From Clostridia bacterium (GTDB taxonomy: Bacteria > Bacillota > Sulfobacillia > SLMV01): DNA of 64,000 bases. The number at the start of each line of letters is the position of its first letter. The stretch's first letter is position 1. A program made the position numbers and the translations under genes. A model generated the notes under the pieces. The model was not told the DNA's origin. It did not search any database and saw only the letters and a program-made list of their open reading frames with translations. The DNA lies in contig PUMM01000141.1 of the NCBI GenBank assembly GCA_003551365.1, forward strand, positions 369 to 64,368, read 5' to 3'. Shown piece by piece: positions 56,941-64,000 of this stretch.

Positions 56941-57225
56941 CTATGGCATGCCCGGTATAACCGTGAGTAGGTCTGAGGGCATTTTCCGCTTCACTGTGCG
57001 CTGCAGTCCATTCGTACTACTCATGCAGAGAGTGTGCTTCTGTGTAGGCATCTCCGGGCACTCAGATTTGCTCATGAGAACGAGGTCGGGACTGTGACTT
57101 CGGAGCAACTCCTGCACGTCGCTACCCTGTTCGGCCTCAATGACACGGTGTCCACATTCCTTCAGCAGCCCCTGACGATCGGCATGATCCGGGTGGCTGG
57201 TATCAATGATAAGGATGGTTGCCAT
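56941..57225 (-). CDS. short receiver-like protein lacking the phospho-acceptor Asp (possible pseudo-receiver or remnant)
   Basis: Track ORF 56941..57243; ATG 57225 follows AAGGGAG. MATILIIDTSHPDHADRQGLLKECGHRVIEAEQGSDVQELLRSHSPDLVLMSKSE follows the REC beta1-alpha1-beta2-alpha2-beta3 pattern. It has DT instead of DD and LVLMS instead of LVLxD, and it ends after about 94 aa. Confidence 0.35.
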   Translation of the reverse strand: MATILIIDTSHPDHADRQGLLKECGHRVIEAEQGSDVQELLRSHSPDLVLMSKSECPEMPTQKHTLCMSSTNGLQRTVKRKMPSDLLTVIPGMP

Positions 57226-57466
57226 CAGTGATGCTCCCTTCATTGCTCATCTCATGCTGACCTGCGATGATCTTCTGGGTCCGTACCCGTCCCTGCAACG
57301 CCCGTCTTGCCCCGCGTTCTTTCTGAGGTCTCTCTTTTGTGTTCGTGCCCGGGGTCGGGACTGGCTTTGTGGTGTCCTGCCGTCAGGCTCAGTGAGAATC
57401 GCACAGTTCAGATATCCCAGTACGGCTGCTGGACCCGGATACCGGACAGGCCAGTAATGCTCCTCA

Positions 57467-58651
57467 TTAGTTGCTCTCTTCTTCTGGGGTCAGTTCCACG
57501 TCCACCTCAACGTCCTCATCGACAATTTGCTGCTGCCCCGTCCACGTCTCATGCTCGTCATGACTGATGCGGACCTCATAGTCATCGGCCGGCACATTGC
57601 ATATGTCGAAGGTACCATCTGGGTTCGACTCTGCAGCCAGCTCGTATTCTTCGAAATCGTAAGTATCTCCATCGAGGCGCACACACGCGTCTGCAATCCC
57701 GCTCGCGTCCGGGTCAGTTACTGTGCCGGTGACCCTAAAAGTGGGCCGGATGACATAGGATCGAGCCACGATGTCGAGATCATCATCCAGGATGCCTTTG
57801 ATCTTATAGGTGCCCGGCGGATTATCTGCATCGAACTCGACAGTGAATTCTACGGTGTCGCTGTGGAATGCCGTTTCCGGGGGCATGGGGTCAATATCAA
57901 CATTGGCAGAGAAGTCCGGATCCTCTGGATAGGTGACGGTGAGATCCAGCTCCGCGTCATCTGATGCATCGTAAGTGACGATCTTCGCCCTGACGGTAGC
58001 TTCGTCTCCTGATTGGTCCTCGAAATGATAGCTGTTGGATTCACCTGTGTCCGGGTGAAGCAGCTGCATTCCCCTTATGGATGGCGCGGGAGGTACGGGG
58101 CTCCGGAACTTGATCACTTCCCCCGATGCCTGGTCGTTCGGGACTGTATTGAGCAGGCGTATGTCCGAGCTAAGATCGTGCTCGCGTCCGCTCAGTCGCT
58201 GTGTGCCCGATGCCGTGAACTGGAGCAGTTCGGATCCTTTCTCGGCATGGAACGAGAGATTGAGATCAATTCTGTCACCGATTTTGCTGAGGTGTCGTCT
58301 GTCCTCATCGTCTATCCGGTGCACCAGATAGCCGTCTTCATCAATGAACAGGTACTCATAGGAGTCATCACCGGAACCACCCTCATCGATGTCGCTGCGT
58401 ACATCTATCTCTTCCGCATAACGTATCTTGTCGTTTACGTGATCAGCCACCAGGCGGAGATTCTGCTGCAGATCAGCCTGTTCTTCTCCCGTTCCGAAGG
58501 CCGTGGAGGCATAGGTGAGTATCAGGAAAATGAGCGGCAGAATCATAAGGAGGATTGCCATGGCTAGGATGGCCTCGAGCAGGCTCAATCCCCTCTCTCT
58601 CGCCGCGATTGTCTGGCAAAGCCGTATTGCTCGCGTCATTTCCCGTATCAC
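57467..58651 (-). CDS. large minor pilin / pseudopilin with C-terminal carboxypeptidase-regulatory-like (Ig-like) domain
   Basis: Class III signal ..RERG|LSLLEAILAMAILLMILPLIFLIL. C-terminal ..RVTGTVTDPDASGIADACVRLDGDTYD..NPDGTFDICNVPADDYEVRISH.. matches the CarboxypepD_reg pattern. Confidence 0.7.
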   Translation of the reverse strand: MIREMTRAIRLCQTIAARERGLSLLEAILAMAILLMILPLIFLILTYASTAFGTGEEQADLQQNLRLVADHVNDKIRYAEEIDVRSDIDEGGSGDDSYEYLFIDEDGYLVHRIDDEDRRHLSKIGDRIDLNLSFHAEKGSELLQFTASGTQRLSGREHDLSSDIRLLNTVPNDQASGEVIKFRSPVPPAPSIRGMQLLHPDTGESNSYHFEDQSGDEATVRAKIVTYDASDDAELDLTVTYPEDPDFSANVDIDPMPPETAFHSDTVEFTVEFDADNPPGTYKIKGILDDDLDIVARSYVIRPTFRVTGTVTDPDASGIADACVRLDGDTYDFEEYELAAESNPDGTFDICNVPADDYEVRISHDEHETWTGQQQIVDEDVEVDVELTPEEESN

Positions 58652-59011
58652 CTATTCTGGGGGCAGGTATATGGTTATGGAAGTCATGCCCCTGCTCCAT
58701 GTTGATTTGATTGAGGCCTGTTTGCCGGTAGATTCAATGTTGCGTGGGTCGTCAGTACCAAACCTGACCTCCGGAAAACCCGATTTGTCGTCCGGGTCAT
58801 CATCCTCTTTCTGTCTGAGTTCGTGAACCCGGGTTTCGGCCTCGTGTATAGTCTTTGTCTTTTCACCCGCCAGAAATATCTCCGTGAAGGCGTGACTGAT
58901 CATTGGTCCGAAGGCCACTGCAATGAGCAGCAGGAGAGTAATGGCAACTATTACTTCCGGTAGAGTGAAGCCCATATCTGTTCGGATTTTCTGTGCTCGC
59001 ATCAGTACCAC
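58652..59011 (-). CDS. prepilin-type minor pilin
   Basis: ..TDMG|FTLPEVIVAITLLLLIAVAF is a canonical prepilin cleavage/methylation motif with Glu+5. Overlaps the upstream gene by 10 nt and abuts the downstream one. Confidence 0.75.
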   Translation of the reverse strand: MVLMRAQKIRTDMGFTLPEVIVAITLLLLIAVAFGPMISHAFTEIFLAGEKTKTIHEAETRVHELRQKEDDDPDDKSGFPEVRFGTDDPRNIESTGKQASIKSTWSRGMTSITIYLPPE

Positions 59012-60051
59012 TGCCCAATCTGGTAGATCATGATATCGAGATCGTCCAGATGCTTTTCCATGTTTAGCCCCTGCATGGTGATGTTACCGAGCACTTCGAG
59101 TTCATCGGCGATCACCATCCCGTGAAAAACTACATTGCCTCCCAGCCTGACCGTTGCACCTGGGCCATAAATGGCGCCGTGAAACTCCGGTGTTCCCGTC
59201 ATCTCGAGAGTCTCTCCGTCACTCATATATATGACGACAAAAGAGTCCTCCCATTCAGTGGAAAACGTGCCGCTGCCGTCGAAGTCTTCGCTGACGATCA
59301 GGCGCAGGGTTCCCTGTCCTTCCGGCACTATTTCCGAATTCCCGGTAGCTGAGAAGCTCCCAGCCTCGAGGATGAGTTCATCCTGGTCTGCGAAGTCGAT
59401 GGTCAGGGTTGAGTTGCCGCCGATGTCTATATGGTCGGTCGTGTAGCCATCGCTGTCACCGGTGGCCTGGAGGGTTTGCGAGTCAGTGATGGAGGGGATT
59501 TCCTCCAGATCACCATCGGGGGGCTCGTGATCGAATTTCATCTCCTCGTAGTCCAGTTCATCCTGGAAGATGCTCTCGTCGGCGTTCATCTTCTCTTCGC
59601 AGGATATAAAAACCGTTCCGAATATTTCGGCTGCTGCCCCCGCACCGTCAATTTCGGTGGCATACAGTGCGAAATCATCGTGGGTGGTGAGTAGGAGGGA
59701 CATGGTTTCGGAGATACCGTCCACGGTCCCGGTCGACTCAATGATGATTTCGCTGTCATCAGCATAGACAGTTACGTTGAAGTATCCCTCCCCGAGGGGG
59801 ATATCCTCCGATTCGGACTTGTGATCCAGGAAGTGTCTTACGGCTGAGGGGTTGGTCAGTAGATGTTCTGCCACGGCCTCAGCTCCCGATCGAGCCAGGA
59901 AGTGAGCCTGCATGTGTTTCTCCAAACGGTCCACCTGTGTTCTTTCGGCGGAGGCGTAGGTCCACAGAGCGGTACCAAAGATCAGTGCGGCGGCCATCAC
60001 GATGATGACCGCCGGTAATGCTAGGCCGCTCTGGTTTCGGATGTTCAGCAT
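59002..60051 (-). CDS. PilX-like pilus-associated protein (hydrophobic N-terminus without Glu+5, repetitive beta-rich C-terminus)
   Basis: MLNIRNQSGLALPAVIIVMAAALIFGTALWTY.. resembles the PilX_N type. The C-terminal ..GAIYGPGATVRLGGNVVFHGMVIADELEVLGNITM.. suggests a beta-helix-like repeat. Confidence 0.55.
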   Translation of the reverse strand: MLNIRNQSGLALPAVIIVMAAALIFGTALWTYASAERTQVDRLEKHMQAHFLARSGAEAVAEHLLTNPSAVRHFLDHKSESEDIPLGEGYFNVTVYADDSEIIIESTGTVDGISETMSLLLTTHDDFALYATEIDGAGAAAEIFGTVFISCEEKMNADESIFQDELDYEEMKFDHEPPDGDLEEIPSITDSQTLQATGDSDGYTTDHIDIGGNSTLTIDFADQDELILEAGSFSATGNSEIVPEGQGTLRLIVSEDFDGSGTFSTEWEDSFVVIYMSDGETLEMTGTPEFHGAIYGPGATVRLGGNVVFHGMVIADELEVLGNITMQGLNMEKHLDDLDIMIYQIGQWY

Positions 60052-60193
60052 GCAGGCCCTCCTTTCTGGGTGACACTAGCTCAGGGACCCTCGTTAGTAG
60101 GCAGGGTTACGAGCAAATGGTCTGGGTTAAGACAGATCACAGCTTCCAGTTACTTAGTGTTAGTTTGCCTTCATCAATCTTGGCGAGATTCGG

Positions 60194-60601
60194 CTATTCC
60201 GGCGGGCATTCCTCACGTTCACACTTGACGGTGAACTCGCCGGTCTGAGTGTCTATCTCTGTAATCTCGTAGCCATCGGAGTTGCCACCCTCATCTTCCT
60301 CACTCCACGGACACAATGGGACTTCCTCCAAATAAGGCCCATAGTTGACGCCTCCAACATCAACGGTATCTGCAAGGTCTTCCACCTCGATATTCTCGGG
60401 TAGTTGGCCCGCCTCGGAAAAAAGAGTGGTTACTGCCCCTCGGACAGTGCGTTGATTTGCCCGGCATGCTGACTCTCGTGCCCGCTCTTGTATTCCCCCA
60501 TAAATCGGTATCGCAATCGCCACCAGAATCCCTATAATGACAACTACCACCATAAGCTCTACCAGGGTAAAGCCTCGTTCTCGTTGCACTAGCTTCATCA
60601 T
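60194..60601 (-). CDS. type IV major pilin candidate
   Basis: Track ORF 60194..60694; ATG 60601 follows GGGAGGAG. MMKLVQRERG|FTLVELMVVVVIIGILVAIAIP is a textbook type IVa prepilin N-terminus. Acidic globular domain with four Cys. Confidence 0.85.
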   Translation of the reverse strand: MMKLVQRERGFTLVELMVVVVIIGILVAIAIPIYGGIQERARESACRANQRTVRGAVTTLFSEAGQLPENIEVEDLADTVDVGGVNYGPYLEEVPLCPWSEEDEGGNSDGYEITEIDTQTGEFTVKCEREECPPE

Positions 60602-60868
60602 TTCCGATTCACTCCTCCCATCGCGGTGAAAAGGCATTCGAGTCTGCAGACCAGATGAAATACACTCAAATCCTGCAGTTTTACCCACCGACATTGCGGA
60701 TTCTATGCTTTCAAAGCTCCCCGATCAAAACTGCAGCGACGGACCGTGAGATGGACGCATCGGTCAGATGGGGGCAATCAGCCCTGCCGGGCTACCGGGA
60801 GGAGAGACTCGCAGGAGGGAGAGGGGTGGCACGAAGGAAGAAATGCCAGAATAAAAAACGAGCCCCTT

Positions 60869-60960
60869 CCGTTCGGCAGCCCGGCCGTCCTAGCCTATTG
60901 GCCTTAGACCCGCGGCTTTGCGCCCACACCTTTCGGTGCGTTTGCCCTTGTCGCGTGCAG
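60869..60960 (-). promoter_or_regulatory. c-di-GMP-I (GEMM-I) riboswitch aptamer in the pilin operon leader
   Basis: Reverse strand reads CACGCGACAAGGGCAAACGCACCGAAAGGUGUGGGCGCAAAGCCGCGGGUCUAAGGCCAAUAGGCUAGGACGGCCGGGCUGCCGAACGG. It contains the conserved GGGCAAAC, a GAAA-capped 6-bp helix (CGCACC/GGUGUG), GCGCAAAGCC, a UCUAAG receptor-like loop and 3' GGGCUGCCGA. A U6 tract lies at 60853-60858. Confidence 0.85.
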
Positions 60961-60973
60961 CGACTCGCCTATC

Positions 60974-61005
60974 ATTATTATCGACATGTAACCATCTTAA
61001 ATTTA
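60974..61005 (-). promoter_or_regulatory. candidate promoter for the riboswitch-pilin transcript
   Basis: AT-rich patch; the reverse strand reads ..TTTAAGATGGTTACATGTCGATAATAATGATAGGCGAG... The TAATAAT -10-like element (60974-60980) sits just upstream of the aptamer 5' flank. The -35 is weak. Confidence 0.25.
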
Positions 61006-61193
61006 CCGCATCCAAGCGGGAGTTGCAAGGGGAATTTGACATTGACGCACTTGACTGTACACCCTCTCCCCAATTCCGGCTTTCAGGTGCTTCCTCCGTA
61101 TAGCTTCTATCGAGATACCGGGCCCCATCTGCCAGTATATTTTCGGAGTCAGTAGCCCGAAATGATATACTCTAAATTGGGAGGTGTGCTCAC

Positions 61194-61475
61194 ATGCCCC
61201 GGCGCCGTCATGACCGTTCACCGGGCGACCCGCGAGAGCGAGATGATTCCGAAGCACTACCGTCGTTGTCAGGTCTCTGGGCCAGTTTCCTCCGCAGCCC
61301 CAGGGCGATAATCGGCGCAATAATTCTCGCCATAATCATCTTGATCGCCATCTTTGCCCCCTGGATTGCGCCGCACGATCCGCATGAAATCCACGAGAAA
61401 GGGAATGCCGAGCCCTTTGATGAGCGTGCGGCCAACTCCCCTCAGAATCGGCTCGTCGGTTGCAGTATCCGATGA
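61194..61475 (+). pseudogene. orphan OppC/DppC N-terminal fragment (93-aa ORF)
   Basis: ..LWASFLRSPRAIIGAIILAIIILIAIFAPWIAPHDPHE.. is the OppC_N pattern (compare 27516-28376: LGVAIFLLFVLIAVFAPYIAPYDPME). The ORF stops before the permease core. It has its own GGGAGG SD, so it might still be translated. Confidence 0.5.
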
Positions 61476-61632
61476 TCTGCAGTACATATACGCCAGCGAT
61501 TTCGGAGAAGGCTCGAAATGACTCCCGCATTTTGCGCCCGCCGGCTATCGCTGTACAATGGAAGCACTGCATTGCGAGTTCCCGGAGATCCATGGTTCGT
61601 GCCGACTACTGTAACCTCGGGAAAGGAGAACC

Positions 61633-63027
61633 ATGATGCCGTCCCTGTCAACCAAAAGGCTCGGGTGCTGGTTGCGGTCGATACCCGACACAGATCAAAC
61701 TCGCACATATCGCGCACTCCTGGTCATTGGAGCAACCGCTTATCTGGTGTTCGGCCTGGTCTACCGGATCTCGTTCGAAAAACCCGATCCTCTTCTCATG
61801 ACCGAACGACTGGTCATGGTTGCCCTGTGCGTAGTGCTTCTGGTCCTTTCGTATGTCAGCCGGAAGGTGCATCGACTACTCCCGGCTCTTCTGATCGGGT
61901 TGACCGCACTTGCCACGTTCCGTACACTGCACGCCGCACATCTGCATCAGTACCGACTCGATGTGGCGATGAGCATTGTGGTGGTAGTTGTCCTGGTCAA
62001 CCTCATATTTGATCCGGGTCCGCCCGTTCTGGCCTTCAACGTAATGGTAATCGCCGGGTCCGGAATATCGGCGATCCTGGCCGACGAATTTCTGCTGAGT
62101 AGATGGGCCTACCTCCTGTCGCTCGCCTTCGTCTCCGCCGCTTCGTATCACATTGCCTGCCAGCGGTATCGCACTGCGCGTCAGCTCGCCGATAGTCGCG
62201 AAACCTATCGTCAGCTGTTCACCAATATGACTGCAGGATTTGCCCACTGTCGCCCCGTCGCCGCCGGATCCGGTGAGGTAGTCGACTACCGGATTATCGA
62301 ATGCAATGCGGCATTTGCGGCGCTTCTGGGCGCATCACCGGCGGAGATCTCCGGAGAAAACTGGTTCGATCTCTACCCCGATTCGCATGGAGTTGCCGCC
62401 TGTATGCGGTCAGCTCTGAGGGGTGAGCAGACAGACCGCCTTGACTGGTTTCTGGATCCCCCGGGGAGATGGCTGGGAGTCACGGCCTACTCGCCGCGCG
62501 AGGGAGAGGTGGCGGTGCTGCTAACCGATGTGACTGAGAGGCGCGAAAGAGAGGACGAGGCGGTGAACCGCAGCTTCCGCGATCCCATCACCGATCTGTA
62601 CAATCGTCGTTTCTTTGATGAGGAACTGCAGCGCCTGGATACAGCGCGGCAGCTGCCCATCAGCATCGTCCTGCTGGACATCAATGGGCTGAAGGCCATC
62701 AATGATGCTCATGGCCATCGGTGGGGGGATGAAGTCATCCGCTCCATCGGAAGGGTGCTGGATGATGCGACGCGTGAAGAGGATATTGTGGCCCGCATAG
62801 GCGGCGACGAATTTGCTCTTCTGCTTCCTCTAACTGATGCGGAGGAAGCATCCAGCATCTGTGTGCGCATCCGTGAGGGGGTACGGTCGCTCGACCGGGA
62901 GGGTGTGCTGCCGTTTTCCGTGGGTGCCGCAGTGGGTTGTGCCACCAAGTATCGGGAAGGTGAAGAAATAGCAGATCTTTTCGATATAGCCGACCGAGCT
63001 ATGTACCGGGACAAAGAGTCCACCTGA
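61633..63027 (+). CDS. membrane-anchored PAS-GGDEF diguanylate cyclase
   Basis: ATG follows AAAGGAG. About 5-6 N-terminal TM helices and a PAS-like segment, then ..RDPITDLYNRRFF..REEDIVARIGGDEFALLLP.. (GGDEF plus RxxD). Confidence 0.85.
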   Translation: MMPSLSTKRLGCWLRSIPDTDQTRTYRALLVIGATAYLVFGLVYRISFEKPDPLLMTERLVMVALCVVLLVLSYVSRKVHRLLPALLIGLTALATFRTLHAAHLHQYRLDVAMSIVVVVVLVNLIFDPGPPVLAFNVMVIAGSGISAILADEFLLSRWAYLLSLAFVSAASYHIACQRYRTARQLADSRETYRQLFTNMTAGFAHCRPVAAGSGEVVDYRIIECNAAFAALLGASPAEISGENWFDLYPDSHGVAACMRSALRGEQTDRLDWFLDPPGRWLGVTAYSPREGEVAVLLTDVTERREREDEAVNRSFRDPITDLYNRRFFDEELQRLDTARQLPISIVLLDINGLKAINDAHGHRWGDEVIRSIGRVLDDATREEDIVARIGGDEFALLLPLTDAEEASSICVRIREGVRSLDREGVLPFSVGAAVGCATKYREGEEIADLFDIADRAMYRDKEST

Positions 63028-63106
63028 TTCATTCATCAATTCACTCCGGGCGGAAGGATCTGATCTGCTTGCGCGGAAGACATGGAGAGGCGAAAGGAGG
63101 ATTTGC

Positions 63107-64000
63107 ATGCGGTGGCGCCAGCTGCCGGGTCAGCTGCGGGAGGCCTCCGGTCAGGCATCGGTGCGGGAACTTATCCGCTGTTCCGTGCACCACTTCCTCA
63201 ACGATGGTTACAACTGGAGCATTTTCCCCCTGCTTCCTTTCATAGCGGCAGAGTTTGGCCTCTCCTATGGCGGAACCGGCGCGATCAAGACTGTTTTTAA
63301 TGCCCTGCTGTCGGCGACCGGTGTTCCCTACGGCATCCTGGCCGAGCGCATTGGCGAAGTGATCGTACTCACCGGTGGTACGGTTTTATTCGCTGTGGGT
63401 ATAGCATGTTTGAGTCTGGCACCCTCGTACTCTGTCTTCCTCGGCACTGCCTTTGTGGCCGGAGCCGGGGCGGGTGCTTCGCATCCCGTCGGTAGCTCCC
63501 TGGTTTCCAAAACCGCGCCGCGCGGCCGGATGTCTACATACATTGGTGCCCTCAACTTCTCTGGAGACGTGGGCAAAGCACTTCTCCCGATAGCTGCCGG
63601 TGCTCTGGGTGCAGTATTTGGCTGGCGCGTTGCTCTTTTGGTCCTGGGGGTAGCCGGGGCCATTCTGGCCTTCAGTCTGAGTCGTTGGAAGACACTGGAT
63701 AGCGGCGATGCCGAAAATGGTGACGCTAAAGAAGCCCAGGAGGACGCCCATGAGCAGGAGGCAGAGGCAGAGGCAGATGGGCGGGAGAACGGGGATGAGG
63801 ATGCGACCTGGGGTGTCACTAACTGGCTGCAGTTCAGCGTCCTAAACGGTATCGGCATCCTGGATTCGCTGCCCCGTTCCGGCGTCATAGCATTTTCCTC
63901 CTTTATTCTCATGGATGTGGGGTTTTCTTCCGCGGCTGTAGGGGCCATGCTCAGTCTGGTTGCTGCCGGGGGCGCCCTGGGGAAGCTGGTCTGCGGTCCC
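63107..64000 (+). CDS. MFS transporter (partial, continues beyond window)
   Basis: ATG 63107 sits 6 nt after AAAGGAGG; the frame stays open to the window end. Not in the ORF track because it has no stop. ..HHFLNDGYNWSIFPLLPFIAAEFGLSYGGTGAIK.., ..GAGAGASHPVGSSLVSKTAPRGRM.. and an acidic central loop fit a 12-TM MFS layout. Confidence 0.7.
   Translation, partial: MRWRQLPGQLREASGQASVRELIRCSVHHFLNDGYNWSIFPLLPFIAAEFGLSYGGTGAIKTVFNALLSATGVPYGILAERIGEVIVLTGGTVLFAVGIACLSLAPSYSVFLGTAFVAGAGAGASHPVGSSLVSKTAPRGRMSTYIGALNFSGDVGKALLPIAAGALGAVFGWRVALLVLGVAGAILAFSLSRWKTLDSGDAENGDAKEAQEDAHEQEAEAEADGRENGDEDATWGVTNWLQFSVLNGIGILDSLPRSGVIAFSSFILMDVGFSSAAVGAMLSLVAAGGALGKLVCGP

Noticed and set aside
61036-61055. 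Three closely spaced TTGAC repeats (TTGACATTGACGCACTTGACT), considered as a -35 cluster or iteron-like repeat.
   Set aside because: None has a -10 hexamer at 16-19 nt on the + strand. On the pilin strand they lie too far upstream of the AT-rich -10 candidate. There is no further periodicity, so they are not reportable as a regulatory site.
1-64000. Visual search for CRISPR arrays, tRNA/rRNA genes, integrases, toxin-antitoxin pairs and phage genes.
   Set aside because: I saw no regularly spaced direct repeats, no tRNA T-arm/acceptor signatures (GGTTCGAATCC-type) and no recombinase, reverse transcriptase or phage structural motifs. A by-eye scan cannot exclude small RNAs; tRNAscan-SE, Infernal and a CRISPR finder would settle it.

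Overview
Gene-dense chromosomal segment of 64 kb, about 60% GC. A clear SigH (Spo0H) orthologue and a CotJC-type Mn catalase suggest (inference) a high-GC member of the endospore-lineage Bacillota; many predicted proteins are very acidic. Left to right: a partial DapA-family aldolase, class V aminotransferase, Mn catalase, DUF885 protein, lipoprotein, decayed ABC-ATPase remnants, an amidinotransferase-fold enzyme, an ACR3 arsenite carrier, an epimerase + geranylgeranyl-reductase pair, a VOC protein, an uncharacterised Cys/His protein + 2x[4Fe-4S] protein pair, and a TnpB C-terminal remnant. Next come a butyryl-CoA block (acyl-CoA dehydrogenase, etfB, ferredoxin-fused etfA, thiolase, hbd, crt), a frameshifted YhaM/CdsB-type pseudogene, and a five-gene family-5 ABC importer with a creatininase-family amidase and an RpiR regulator. 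These are followed by sigH, PrpD/MmgE, a TspO-like / pyrimidine-dimer-glycosylase-DUF1722 / TspO-like trio, a nitrilase-superfamily hydrolase and DUF3786. From 40.7 kb to 63 kb there is a c-di-GMP signalling neighbourhood with four GGDEF proteins, two of them GGDEF+HD-GYP hybrids. It is interleaved with a NOX-like flavocytochrome, a tocopherol-cyclase homologue, YeeE/YedE halves, MsrAB and a class V aminotransferase, and it ends with a partial MFS transporter. The strongest finding is an unannotated c-di-GMP-I (GEMM-I) riboswitch on the reverse strand (about 60869-60960) in the leader of a type IV pilin/minor-pilin operon. The second is a stand-alone CarH-type cobalamin module (Wx9EH plus ExHxxG) translationally coupled to a PAS-GGDEF cyclase. 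Together they suggest a light/B12 -> c-di-GMP -> riboswitch -> pilus circuit; this is a hypothesis. At least five gene remnants point to local gene decay. I recognised no rRNA, tRNA, CRISPR array or intact mobile element. All family assignments come from motif recognition by eye, not from database searches.
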